Shown: positions 14,029-23,108, counted from the stretch's first letter. The stretch is DNA of 38,087 bases from a virus (IMGVR_UViG_3300049052_000004:1-38087); one strand, 5' to 3'. Notes: generated by a model not told the origin, from the letters alone. A program made the numbers and translations.

Positions 14029-15876
14029 ATGCAACTTCTCATCAGCGACAGCATCGCAGAAGTACGTGAGTACCTAGCGAGCAGCACGGCTCCGCTCATC
14101 ACCGACATCGAGACCACAGCTCTGACTGTTGGTAAGGGCCGCATCCTGTGTGTTGCCTTTGCACCGTACGACCGCGACGACGTGCTCGTGTGGTGGCCAC
14201 AGAGCCTCGATGAGATTGCTCAGCTACGGCTCACCAAGATGGTCGCTCACAACAGCACGTTCGACAAGCGCTGGCTAGAGAGCTACGGGGCCAAGTGCCG
14301 AGTCGTCTGGGACACGATGCTCATGGCTCAGCTGCTCGACGAGAACCACCCCATCGGCCTCAAAGATCTGGGAGAGCGGCTGCTCGGATACAAGGCCTGG
14401 TCTGACGACAATGTGGCCGACTTGGGAGCCGAGTTCGAGCCTCACATCTCCAAGGCAGAGCAAGCCAAGAGCAAGCGTCGGATCAGCATGTACGCTGGCA
14501 CTGATGTGCACGTGACCCGAGAGCTGATGAAGTGGCAGCGTAGGTACATTCGGACTCAGCTGAAGCCGGGGGAGAACCCTGTACGAGTTATGCGAGAGAT
14601 TCTCATTCCGGCTATCGACCCTCTCATCCAGATGGAAGACAACCGTCTTCCCGTGAGGCTCGGCCTGGTGCGCAAGACACAAGCCCGAGTCGAGGCTAAG
14701 ATCGCAGCTATTGAGCAGAAGCTCGACGCCTCCATCCCAGACAAAGACCGCTGGCCGGAATGGTTGCAGAAGACCAAACCCAAGTGGGGTAACACCAACT
14801 GGACCAAGTGGTGGCTATACGAGTATCAGGGTGCTCTGTGCCCTCGACGCACCAAGCCAACCAAGACGTGGCCCGAAGGTAATCCAGGCATGAGCCAGGA
14901 GGACCTATCCAAGATCGATCACCCTGCTGCTCGCCTGCTGAGTGAGCGGTCAACGCTGTACAAGCAGCTGACAGGCTTCCTGAACCCTATCCTGGAACGT
15001 ACCCGAGACGGTCGGATCAGCACGAGCTACAACCTAGCAGGCACCGTCACAGGCAGGTTGAGCAGCAGCAGCCCCAAGGGTGACCCTGGTCTCAACTCAC
15101 AGCAGATTCCGCGTGACAAGGCCACACGTAACCTTTTCGGGGAGCGTGGGCAGGTGTGGATCGAAGCAGACTTCAGCCAGCTAGAGCTTCGGGTGGCTGC
15201 TGTGCTCAGCGGAGACCCGACCATGCTCAGCCTGTTCGAGCGGGATGAAGACATCCATACGTACATGGCTCACCGTCTGGTGCGTGGGGGTGAGGTCACC
15301 AAGGAGCATCGCAGCCTGGCTAAGGGGGTCAACTTCGGCTTCATCTACGGCATGCATGCAAAGCACTTCGCTGATTACGTGCGTGAGAGCTACGGAGTGG
15401 TCATCACAAAGAAGGAGGCTGAGGCCTTCCGCGAGGAGTACTTCACAACCTTCAGCTCTCTGCCCGAGTGGTACCGGAAGCAGCGTCAAGAGGCTATCGA
15501 GCACGGGGGTACCCACAACGAGTTCGGTCGGTTCCGGCACCTGCCTAAGGTGTACAACTCGGACTACTGGGTGCAGGAGAATGCCTTCCGGCAGGCGATC
15601 AACTTCCCTGTGCAGTCGCTTGGCAGTGACTTTATGCTGCTTAGTATTGGTAGGCTTGGCAGGGACTTGCGGCTCCCCGAGCTGGGGGCTAAACTTGTGG
15701 CTACCGTGCACGACTCGGTCTGTCTTACTGCCCCGTACAGCACAGCCAAGAGAGTCGGACGGATAGTCAAGGAGACGATGGAAAAGGCTGATGACACACT
15801 CGACCGTAAATTCTTCCTCAAAGCGGATGTCACGCTCTCGCGCTGCTGGGGAGGCGAGCCGCTTGCAGAGTTCTAG
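14029..15876 (+). CDS. Family A DNA polymerase with 3'-5' exonuclease (no 5'-3' exonuclease domain)
   Basis: Exonuclease motifs DIETT, HNSTFD, YAGTD; polymerase motifs TGRLSS, ADFSQLELR, RSLAKGVNFGFIYG, VHDS. Confidence 0.95.
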   Translation: MQLLISDSIAEVREYLASSTAPLITDIETTALTVGKGRILCVAFAPYDRDDVLVWWPQSLDEIAQLRLTKMVAHNSTFDKRWLESYGAKCRVVWDTMLMAQLLDENHPIGLKDLGERLLGYKAWSDDNVADLGAEFEPHISKAEQAKSKRRISMYAGTDVHVTRELMKWQRRYIRTQLKPGENPVRVMREILIPAIDPLIQMEDNRLPVRLGLVRKTQARVEAKIAAIEQKLDASIPDKDRWPEWLQKTKPKWGNTNWTKWWLYEYQGALCPRRTKPTKTWPEGNPGMSQEDLSKIDHPAARLLSERSTLYKQLTGFLNPILERTRDGRISTSYNLAGTVTGRLSSSSPKGDPGLNSQQIPRDKATRNLFGERGQVWIEADFSQLELRVAAVLSGDPTMLSLFERDEDIHTYMAHRLVRGGEVTKEHRSLAKGVNFGFIYGMHAKHFADYVRESYGVVITKKEAEAFREEYFTTFSSLPEWYRKQRQEAIEHGGTHNEFGRFRHLPKVYNSDYWVQENAFRQAINFPVQSLGSDFMLLSIGRLGRDLRLPELGAKLVATVHDSVCLTAPYSTAKRVGRIVKETMEKADDTLDRKFFLKADVTLSRCWGGEPLAEF

Positions 15877-17038
15877 TAAGGCGAAGCAGCTCCCGAGCAC
15901 TGGCAAGAAGCCGGGAGCGTGGCACGGTCCACGCGGCACTTGGCCCACGACCGAAGACGGTCGCCTCATCATCACACAGAGCATGGTCAGCGGCTTCGTG
16001 GAGTGTCCGCGCGAGACCTACTATGGCATCGTACTCGGGCTCCGTCCTCGGATCGAGAGCAAGCCCCTGACGCGTGGTACGTGGGTTCACTCGCTGCTGG
16101 AAGAGCGTGGTCGAGGCGGCGACTGGCGTAAGCTCCATGAAGAGCTGACTGAGAAGGCCCGTGAGCAGCAGTTCGAAGAAGAGGTCGAGGGCCTAGCTCA
16201 GGAGTGCTACAACATCGTTCTCAGCTATGATTGGGTGCACCGTAAGGAGCTTCTGAAGCCGGTCGCAATGGAGGTCACGGTCGAGCGTCCTATGTTCGGC
16301 AACAAGGTGCTGTACAGAGGCCGAATTGACATCATCTGGATGGATGAGAACGGAGACATCTGGCTCGGAGACCACAAGACCCACGCCACCCTACCTGACT
16401 GGCGATACCGGGAGCTGGCCTTCCAGCACTACTCGTACCTGTGGGCTGTTGCGAAGTCGCCTGAGTACGCACGGCTCCGCTACAAGGGGAAGCCTCTGCC
16501 TCAACCGAAGGGCTTCATCTACGACTACTGCAAGACCGGCAGCATCAACACACCGAGCCTGACCACCAAGGGTAAGATCAGCCGGGTGCTGAAGCCCTCT
16601 GGCACGACGCTCCCGGTGTTCAAGGCCTGGCTACACGAGCAGGGCATGATGACCACCATCAAGGGCAAGGAGCTGCTTGCTATCGAGGACCCTGCCGAGC
16701 GGGCCTACGTGGAGGAGTTCCTGGTCGAGCTGGAGCACCGAGATTACAGCGACTTCTTCCGTCGTGACAAGCTCGTGTTCAGCGCTGAGCAGGCTGAGCG
16801 GCAGAGGAAGGCGTTCGTCACCAGCGCTCGGAGGCTCCTGACGTACAAGTGGGACGACCCCGACTGTGTAGAGCGTAACCTCCACGCCTGCTCGGGCTAC
16901 ATGTGCAACTACAAGGATCTCACTGTGGCCGACCTCATGCACGGCACGAGCGAGATCGAGCAACGCACCCGGTACGTCACTACTCGTGACCCGCTGGACT
17001 ACTACCCGAACCAGACCAAGAAGAAGGGCAAGAAGTGA
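15827..17038 (+). CDS. Cas4/RecB-like PD-(D/E)XK exonuclease (start uncertain)
   Basis: TQSM...ECPR, RGTWVHSLLE, GRIDII...GDHKT, QHYSY, C-terminal Cys cluster. Confidence 0.85.
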   Translation: MSRSRAAGEASRLQSSSKAKQLPSTGKKPGAWHGPRGTWPTTEDGRLIITQSMVSGFVECPRETYYGIVLGLRPRIESKPLTRGTWVHSLLEERGRGGDWRKLHEELTEKAREQQFEEEVEGLAQECYNIVLSYDWVHRKELLKPVAMEVTVERPMFGNKVLYRGRIDIIWMDENGDIWLGDHKTHATLPDWRYRELAFQHYSYLWAVAKSPEYARLRYKGKPLPQPKGFIYDYCKTGSINTPSLTTKGKISRVLKPSGTTLPVFKAWLHEQGMMTTIKGKELLAIEDPAERAYVEEFLVELEHRDYSDFFRRDKLVFSAEQAERQRKAFVTSARRLLTYKWDDPDCVERNLHACSGYMCNYKDLTVADLMHGTSEIEQRTRYVTTRDPLDYYPNQTKKKGKK

Positions 17039-17268
17039 AGACTCCAGATCCTATTATCAGCAACCCTGGCAAGGGTAAGAGAACCCCCGAGCTGTGGGGT
17101 CAGTGGCTCCTCAGCAAGATGGGGTTCCAGCGACAGATGCTTCAGACCATGCAGAACCGGCCTATGTATCACGGTACAGCTGACGCAGCCAAGGTAGCCA
17201 AGCGTCGAGCCAAGAACAAGGTCGCACGTCGCAGCCGTCGAGTCAACCGTATCACAGCGAAGCGATGA
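17035..17268 (+). CDS. Small basic protein (77 aa)
   Basis: 4-bp overlaps at both ends; KRRAKNKVARRSRRVNR. Confidence 0.75.
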   Translation: MKTPDPIISNPGKGKRTPELWGQWLLSKMGFQRQMLQTMQNRPMYHGTADAAKVAKRRAKNKVARRSRRVNRITAKR

Positions 17269-17930
17269 GCATCTACTGCATCTACGGCAGGCCAAAGGTC
17301 GGTAAGACGACCCTAGCTCTCAAGGACGCGCCGAAGGGCAAGACGGCTATCCTGAGCGCTGACCAGGGCCTCATCGGCATCGAGACGGGTGGCTTCACCG
17401 TCATCGAAGACCTGAGCACGAGCAACCTCAACCGTACCATCAACTCTACGTTCCTGAAGAAGCATGACAGGATCGTCATTGACACGGCCACGAGCCTGCA
17501 CAGCATCTTCCTGTCGGAAGCCAGTGGAGGCAAGCAGGCCACCCAAGCCAACTACGGAGCAGCGAACAACGGTCTGGCCACACTGCTCCGCACTCTGAGA
17601 GACGAGAAGAAGGAGGTCATAGTCACAGCTCAGGAGAAGCTCATTCTCCCGAACGACGAGTGGAGCCCCGAGGACGACGATGAGGACGCGGCCGTGATGA
17701 CCACGGTTGATCTCAGTCCCGGTGCTGCTAGCGCGCTGCTCCAGATGTCTGACGTCATCGGTCGTCTGTACATTGCTCACGTCAACGGCAAGCCGGTTCG
17801 TCGTCTTTGGCTTGGCCCGAGCGGGAGCATTGTGGCTGGAGCCCGCAGCAAGACCTACCACGGAACCCCACCCTACTTGAAGCAGCCGAGCATCGGTCGC
17901 CTCAATCAGCTTCTCGGCTGGACCCGCTAG
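17265..17930 (+). CDS. AAA_24/Sak4-like ATPase
   Basis: IYGRPKVGKTT Walker A, IVIDT Walker B; lies between an exonuclease and an SSB-like gene. Confidence 0.82.
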   Translation: MSIYCIYGRPKVGKTTLALKDAPKGKTAILSADQGLIGIETGGFTVIEDLSTSNLNRTINSTFLKKHDRIVIDTATSLHSIFLSEASGGKQATQANYGAANNGLATLLRTLRDEKKEVIVTAQEKLILPNDEWSPEDDDEDAAVMTTVDLSPGAASALLQMSDVIGRLYIAHVNGKPVRRLWLGPSGSIVAGARSKTYHGTPPYLKQPSIGRLNQLLGWTR

Positions 17931-17961
17931 CTGAGAATCCAAGAAGAAAGAAGATACACTC

Positions 17962-18657
17962 ATGGTCAAGAAGATCAAGCTCGACTTCTCCAAGGTCGAA
18001 GAGCGCTCCGGCTGGAACACCAAGCAGATGCCGGAAGGCCTGCACAAGATGAAGATCGCTGATGTGCAGGAGACGGAGGCCCAGGACGGCACGGCCATGC
18101 TCGTGTACGCTCTGGTGCCGGAGGACTCGCGCTACAAGATGCGTCGGTTCCCGTTCTACTGCAAGCTCCAGCAGAACCAGCTCTGGAAGCTCCGTGACCT
18201 CTTCGTCGCGGCAGGGGAGACCATCCCCAAGCGGGCTGTCCAGATCGACCCTTCCAAGGTCGTGGGCAAGAGCATCGCGGCTGAGGTCGAGGATGACAAC
18301 TACCAGGGCAACCCGCGTTCGGCTGTCAACGGCACCTACGGTCTCGATGTCCTCGATGAGGACGGTGCCAGCGAGCCCGAGGACGACGAGGAAGAGTACG
18401 ACGAGGAAGACGCCGAGGACGACTCGGCTGACGAGGAGTACGAGGACGAGGAAGACGACGAGGAGTACGACGACGAGGATGAGGACGACCTCGACGACGA
18501 AGACCTCGACGACGAGGAGCTGTACGAGGACGACGAGGACGAGGAAGAGGAAGAGCCCGAGCCCGCTCCGAAGCGTCGTGCTCCTGCGAAGAAGGCTCCC
18601 GCCAAGCCCGCAGCCAAGGCAGCACCGGCCAAGCGCACGGTTCAGCGTCGCCGCTGA
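17962..18657 (+). CDS. DUF669-like single-stranded DNA-binding protein with acidic tract and basic tail
   Basis: LDFS...PEG.H..KI.DV beta-rich domain, WKLRDLF.A.G, long D/E tract, PAKKAPAK tail. Confidence 0.7.
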   Translation: MVKKIKLDFSKVEERSGWNTKQMPEGLHKMKIADVQETEAQDGTAMLVYALVPEDSRYKMRRFPFYCKLQQNQLWKLRDLFVAAGETIPKRAVQIDPSKVVGKSIAAEVEDDNYQGNPRSAVNGTYGLDVLDEDGASEPEDDEEEYDEEDAEDDSADEEYEDEEDDEEYDDEDEDDLDDEDLDDEELYEDDEDEEEEEPEPAPKRRAPAKKAPAKPAAKAAPAKRTVQRRR

Positions 18658-18660
18658 GCC

Positions 18661-18948
18661 ATGCAGGAAGCTGAGATAGTCCGGCGTCAGCTGGCTACGC
18701 TCAATTCCATCGACGGAGTGTACGCTATTCGCACTCACGGGGGTTCCTTTCAGCAGAAGGGGACCCCCGACGTCCTTGGTTGTGCGCTAGGCAAGTTCTT
18801 CGCAATCGAGGCCAAGCGCAGCAAGCGCGAGCAGCCCACACGAGCGCAGCAGTACAACCTCAAGAAGTTTCGAGAAGCGGGCGGAAAGACGTTCGTCAGC
18901 TTCGACCCTAAGGTTCAGGAAGTTGTAGAGTGGATATCAACCCTCTAG
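18661..18948 (+). CDS. VRR-NUC domain nuclease (probable Holliday junction resolvase)
   Basis: MQEAEI, GTPDV, FAIEAK, PTRAQ. Confidence 0.88.
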   Translation: MQEAEIVRRQLATLNSIDGVYAIRTHGGSFQQKGTPDVLGCALGKFFAIEAKRSKREQPTRAQQYNLKKFREAGGKTFVSFDPKVQEVVEWISTL

Positions 18949-20585
18949 ACATCATGCAGCGTGTATGGCGTCACTCGGGAGTTAGCGGTCATGTGTGGGT
19001 TCCTCACATCTACGCCATTGGCCAGAAAGACAAGGAGAAGTTCCGCGAAGGGCCTCCGATCAGGGCAAGGAAGCCCGAACTACCAGAGCTACGTGAGTCA
19101 GTAGACTGGTATTGGACGCCTGCCGTGAGCAGCAGCGACAGCCGTAAGGCCAAGCAGTACCCGGCTCAGCGTGTGGTCTGGGTGGACTGCGATGACAGCT
19201 ACAATGACGAGCTGTTGCAGGCCCTGAAGCCATCGTACATGTGGGAGACCAGCCCCGGCCACAAGCAGGCTGTCTGGCTACTCCGTGACTCGATGCCCCG
19301 CTCGGAGTTCCACCGGGACGGTTTCATCGGCATGCTCACTCAGGCTGTCAACGCGGACAAGTCAGGTGTCGATGTGGGGCAGCTGCTCCGGGTGCCCGGC
19401 ACGGTACACCACAAGCGGAATCCTTTCGAGGGCAAGATCCTCCGTAGCTCGGGCACCGTGTACAGCCGGGGGCAGCTGCTCAGCCGTGTGGCTAGGGGGC
19501 TCGGGTTCTCTCCGGGCCTGGCCTCCGAGCTAGGAGCAGACGACCCCTACGGCGACCGGAGCAAGGTGCTGTGGCGATTCGCCCGGAACGCGGCTGAGTT
19601 GGGCCTACCCCAAGACCTCACGTTCAAGCTCATCAAGGCCACCAAGTGGAACAAGTGGGCAGACGAGCCCGAGCGTCTCAAGGAAGACATCGGACGTGCC
19701 TACGAGCAACAGCCGAGCAAGACGGAGAAGGATCCGGAGCGAGAGCAAGCAGCTGATCAGCTGGAGCACCACACCGACGAGGAGCAGCCCGAGCCGTGGG
19801 GCATGGCTACGGTAGACAGCTTCGGCACCGTGCTTCGCAAGCCCGTGTCTTGGGTGTTGCCTGGCATCATTCCGGAAGCTGGCTGTGGGCTACTTGTCTC
19901 AGCCCCCAAGGTAGGCAAGACGCGTATCGCTATCGAGATGGCACTCGGGTTGGCATCTGGTCGGCGACCGCTCGGCATAGCTCTTCGCAAGCCGTTGGCT
20001 GTGGGGTTCTTCTCGCTGGAAGACGGCGAGTACCTGTTCTCTAGCCGGTTGGACAGCTCGCTCAACAGAGACCACGGTCGCTTCCGCCACCACTGGGAAG
20101 GCCACATAACCCCAGACATGGTCTGGCAGCCTCCCGAGCCTATGAGCCTGTTCACGAACTTCGCCCAGGTGGACCTCAGTGAGGCCAGCGACCAACAGCG
20201 TCTGTACGAGACCATCGTCAAGTACGAGCTAAAGCTAGTCATCATCGACACGCTGAGCATGGCCATCGGCAAGTCGGACGTCAGCAACAGTAAGGACATG
20301 TACTCCATCCTGAAGGTCATCAAGGACATAGCCAAGGCCACCGGCTGTGCTGTCATGTTCATCCACCACACTCGTAAGCGGGTTTTCGAGAAGGGTGAGT
20401 CCATTCAGGAGATGGTGCTCGGCAGCACGGCTCTGCACGCCTGGTCGGACTTCATCATGAACCTCGTAGCTCCGAGCGAGGAGCAGAACTTCCTACGGCT
20501 CGGGGTGCAGACCAAGATGGGCAACGACCTGCACTACATCGACGGAGCACTCAAAATCATCAAGAGGCCTCCGACTGAAGAATAG
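18930..20585 (+). CDS. RepB'-type primase fused to an AAA_25/SF4 RecA-like helicase
   Basis: WVDCD, ETSPGHKQAVW, LLRVPGT; APKVGKT, SLED, VIIDT, IHHTRK, GSTAL. Confidence 0.85.
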   Translation: MDINPLDIMQRVWRHSGVSGHVWVPHIYAIGQKDKEKFREGPPIRARKPELPELRESVDWYWTPAVSSSDSRKAKQYPAQRVVWVDCDDSYNDELLQALKPSYMWETSPGHKQAVWLLRDSMPRSEFHRDGFIGMLTQAVNADKSGVDVGQLLRVPGTVHHKRNPFEGKILRSSGTVYSRGQLLSRVARGLGFSPGLASELGADDPYGDRSKVLWRFARNAAELGLPQDLTFKLIKATKWNKWADEPERLKEDIGRAYEQQPSKTEKDPEREQAADQLEHHTDEEQPEPWGMATVDSFGTVLRKPVSWVLPGIIPEAGCGLLVSAPKVGKTRIAIEMALGLASGRRPLGIALRKPLAVGFFSLEDGEYLFSSRLDSSLNRDHGRFRHHWEGHITPDMVWQPPEPMSLFTNFAQVDLSEASDQQRLYETIVKYELKLVIIDTLSMAIGKSDVSNSKDMYSILKVIKDIAKATGCAVMFIHHTRKRVFEKGESIQEMVLGSTALHAWSDFIMNLVAPSEEQNFLRLGVQTKMGNDLHYIDGALKIIKRPPTEE

Positions 20586-20586
20586 C

Positions 20587-20615
20587 TTGCGCTCCACTCG
20601 AAGGTGTGCAACAAT
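20587..20615 (+). promoter_or_regulatory. SigA-like promoter, leaderless for ATG 20622
   Basis: TTGCGC-N17-AACAAT; 6 nt to the ATG. Confidence 0.65.
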
Positions 20616-20621
20616 CTCTAC

Positions 20622-21491
20622 ATGACGAACTTCAACTTCACCGAGACCCGCACCTTCGAAGGCTACGAGTACATCGTCTTCGAGGGAAGCTTCTACAAGG
20701 GCTGCTCTCGCTGTGGAGGCACCGGCCACCACTCGTTCAACGGATTCGACAGCATCTGTTACAAGTGCGGCGACACTCTTGATGCTCGACTGGGCGACCG
20801 GTTCGAGAATGAGGCCGCAGCTCAGAAGTGGTGTCACGAGCGGTTCGTTCGCCGGGCTCAGCGGGAACGCAAGGCTGAGGCCGAGCGGGTCGAGAAGAAC
20901 AACCGTCGTCAGGCCGCGTGGGACCGTCTCAAGGAGGCGCACCCTGAGGTCTTCGCTCTGGTAGACCAGGCTCGGTTCAACGAGGACAACGCTGAGCGGG
21001 ATCAGTTCGTTCTCAAGCTCGCTGACCAGATGTGGAATCTGGACAACAATGGCTACACTGACCGCCAGATCGCAGCTCTTCAGCGGGTCGTTGACCAGCG
21101 GAAAGCTCGTACCGAGCAGGCCGAGCTGAACCCGGCTCCGACTGGCCGAGTGGTAGTCACTGGCACCATCAAGTCGGCAAAGCTCCAGGACGGCGACTAC
21201 GGTGTGGCCTACAAGATCCTGGTCGAGTCTGATGAAGGCTTCAAGGTGTGGTGCTCTCTCCCGAGCGCTCAGGCTGCTCAGGCGATGGAGAGCTTCTACG
21301 AGGAGATCGAGGCTCAGGGTTACAGCGCTCACGACTTCGGCTCGGGTGTCTGGCTCATTGGCTCTCACGGAGACGACCGCTTCCCTGGAGTCAAGGGTCG
21401 TAGGATCACCTTCACGGCCACACTCAGCCCGAGCAAGGACGACAAGGGCTTCGCTTTCGGTAGCCGTCCCACCAAGGGGAGCTGGCTCTAG
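20622..21491 (+). CDS. Hypothetical protein with an N-terminal CxxCxGxG Zn finger and an OB-fold-like C-terminus (289 aa)
   Basis: CSRCGGTG...CYKCG; beta-rich C-terminus; start set from the promoter position. Confidence 0.8.
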   Translation: MTNFNFTETRTFEGYEYIVFEGSFYKGCSRCGGTGHHSFNGFDSICYKCGDTLDARLGDRFENEAAAQKWCHERFVRRAQRERKAEAERVEKNNRRQAAWDRLKEAHPEVFALVDQARFNEDNAERDQFVLKLADQMWNLDNNGYTDRQIAALQRVVDQRKARTEQAELNPAPTGRVVVTGTIKSAKLQDGDYGVAYKILVESDEGFKVWCSLPSAQAAQAMESFYEEIEAQGYSAHDFGSGVWLIGSHGDDRFPGVKGRRITFTATLSPSKDDKGFAFGSRPTKGSWL

Positions 21492-21494
21492 GGC

Positions 21495-21523
21495 TTGAGA
21501 TCTCGACGAGAGAGGCGCAAACT
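21495..21523 (+). promoter_or_regulatory. SigA-like promoter, leaderless for ATG 21530
   Basis: TTGAGA-N17-CAAACT; 6 nt to the ATG. Confidence 0.6.
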
Positions 21524-21529
21524 AATCAC

Positions 21530-21727
21530 ATGACGCACAAAGTGAACTTCTCAGTCCAGACTCAGGCGCTTGCTTACCAGGCCGGGTTCCAAGAGGCTCT
21601 GTCTTTCCTCGTAGACGCTCTCGTAGAAGGAGGCACCATCAACCACTTGATCGAGCGTCTTGAAGACAATGCAAACCCTGAGACGAAGGCCCGCATTGAG
21701 GCCTACTACGCAGCCCGAGACAGCTGA
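21530..21727 (+). CDS. Hypothetical protein (65 aa)
   Basis: Last plus-strand ORF; has its own promoter. Confidence 0.7.
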   Translation: MTHKVNFSVQTQALAYQAGFQEALSFLVDALVEGGTINHLIERLEDNANPETKARIEAYYAARDS

Positions 21728-21816
21728 GCCGCCTCAGGCTGGGGCCTACCAGGTAGGTAGGCTCGCGCTGCTCGGTCGCTGAGCGTACAGCAGGCCACCA
21801 AAGCCACCGACAAACG

Positions 21817-21856
21817 AGAGACCCACCTCCGGCCAACTGGCTAGGAGTGGGTCTCT
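21817..21856. terminator. Hairpin at the convergence of the two arms (probable terminator)
   Basis: AGAGACCCAC/GTGGGTCTCT stem with inner pairing; CGTTTGT follows on the minus strand. Confidence 0.7.
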
Positions 21857-21872
21857 GGCTCGTGGGAGGCTG

Positions 21873-21956
21873 CTACTGACAGCTCTCGCACTGAAGAAGG
21901 TCCATGGGGTCTACGGGAGCGTGGTACTCTCCGACCTTCTCGGTCTCCTGGTCCAT
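21873..21956 (-). CDS. 27-aa peptide MDQETEKVGEYHAPVDPMDLLQCESCQ
   Basis: TGATG coupling with the holin stop; GGAGG SD; ends just before the terminator; C-terminal CxxC. Confidence 0.7.
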   Translation of the reverse strand: MDQETEKVGEYHAPVDPMDLLQCESCQ

Positions 21957-22282
21957 CAGTTGCCTCCCGAAGTGACCATCATGTCCTGAGCCTTAGCCGA
22001 GACGGTAGTCGGCTTCCAGAGGCCGTAGTGCATTGCCACGGCGATGAGGAAGGCAGTCAAGGCCAGCACGAGCCCCGTTCCAAGGTCGTAGGCTGTGCCT
22101 GCGTTGACTGCTGCCAGCAGCTCCGTGAGCAGGCCGGTGACCGCAGCGAGCACGGCCAGCAGCACAGCCTTGACTCCGCTGTGCGTGACCCGAGTCGTGA
22201 CCAGGCCGACGATGATGGGGAGCACGGTGCTCACCAGTAGGCCGAGCACGAGAGCTGGAGGCAGGTTGAATACGATGTTCAT
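21956..22282 (-). CDS. Holin (108 aa, about 3 TM)
   Basis: AAGGAG SD; hydrophobic helices; HYGLWKP motif; downstream of the endolysin. Confidence 0.75.
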   Translation of the reverse strand: MNIVFNLPPALVLGLLVSTVLPIIVGLVTTRVTHSGVKAVLLAVLAAVTGLLTELLAAVNAGTAYDLGTGLVLALTAFLIAVAMHYGLWKPTTVSAKAQDMMVTSGGN

Positions 22283-22305
22283 GTGAAGCTCCTTCTTGAT
22301 GGGGG

Positions 22306-22620
22306 TTACTGGACTTGCGGATCCCACTCGGGAGGCATGTAGCCTTCCTTGGCGAGTACCTCGACGTGCCGTCTGGAGAGCACTGGGGGGGTATCAGAAG
22401 GCCACTGGTCAGCTACCTGAGAGAGTAGCGTGACAGAGGCCCGTACTACTCGTTCGAGCTTGTCCTGACGTTGCCAGACTTCTTGAGTTGTAGGGGGTGA
22501 GGGTGTTTGAGACGTGTGAGCGTCCCTCTCCTTCCGTTCTCTACGGGCTAGGAGCCATGCGATTGTCGAACCGACTATTGTGAATAGGCCACTGAGGACT
22601 ACAACCTCAATTGGCGTCAT
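22306..22620 (-). CDS. Membrane protein, 1 TM (104 aa), lysis cassette
   Basis: ATGA overlap; N-terminal TM helix followed by ARRERKER. Confidence 0.7.
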   Translation of the reverse strand: MTPIEVVVLSGLFTIVGSTIAWLLARRERKERDAHTSQTPSPPTTQEVWQRQDKLERVVRASVTLLSQVADQWPSDTPPVLSRRHVEVLAKEGYMPPEWDPQVQ

Positions 22621-23108
22621 CTGCAGGCCCCCTTTCCAGCTGCTTTCTCTCTCAGGCCTCGAATGAATAGTCGAGTCAGTCTCGGATACACCCCCCAAGT
22701 GGCCATGATAAGAATCACGGTAATGAACGCATTAGCAGGTGAGCCATGCGGAGAGAATGTCAGCACGAGGAATGCGTAGGAGGTTAGCAGGAATGAAATT
22801 CCAATCTTACCTACGACCTCCAGGTGCCACATACTCGGAATGCACACACCGATTAGCGCGAGCATAGCTGAGATAAGGAATGCGACAGCAGCACCGTCGA
22901 CTACATGAGGGTGGAACAGCTTGTTGAGCATCGGGCTCCCGACCACGTACGCAGCCACCCCACCACTCAGGGCGAGGAGGTTGTACAGCGGGAGCCAGAC
23001 CCTCACAGTCCAGCGGTCTTCATCGCAGTGTGAGGTATGCATCGGGTGCCATACCGTGAGCCGAGCCAACCGGCTCGTCCACGGTACGAAGTGAATTCGT
23101 CTGAGCAT
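22617..23108 (-). CDS. Membrane protein, about 4 TM (163 aa), lysis cassette
   Basis: AAGGAGG SD; four hydrophobic segments. Confidence 0.75.
   Translation of the reverse strand: MLRRIHFVPWTSRLARLTVWHPMHTSHCDEDRWTVRVWLPLYNLLALSGGVAAYVVGSPMLNKLFHPHVVDGAAVAFLISAMLALIGVCIPSMWHLEVVGKIGISFLLTSYAFLVLTFSPHGSPANAFITVILIMATWGVYPRLTRLFIRGLREKAAGKGACR

Noticed and set aside
14029-15876. Intron or intein in the polymerase (also checked terminase and helicases)
   Set aside because: Motif spacing is compact and continuous; no homing endonuclease or splicing motifs seen
15827-18560. CRISPR-Cas system suggested by the Cas4-like gene and the nearby GACGAG-rich repeats
   Set aside because: No cas1/cas2 and no repeat-spacer array; the repeats simply encode an Asp/Glu tract
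3863-21727. Lysogeny module, diversity-generating retroelement, or 7-deazaguanine/2-aminoadenine modification genes
   Set aside because: No integrase, repressor, reverse transcriptase, dpdA/folE/queC or purZ motifs were recognisable
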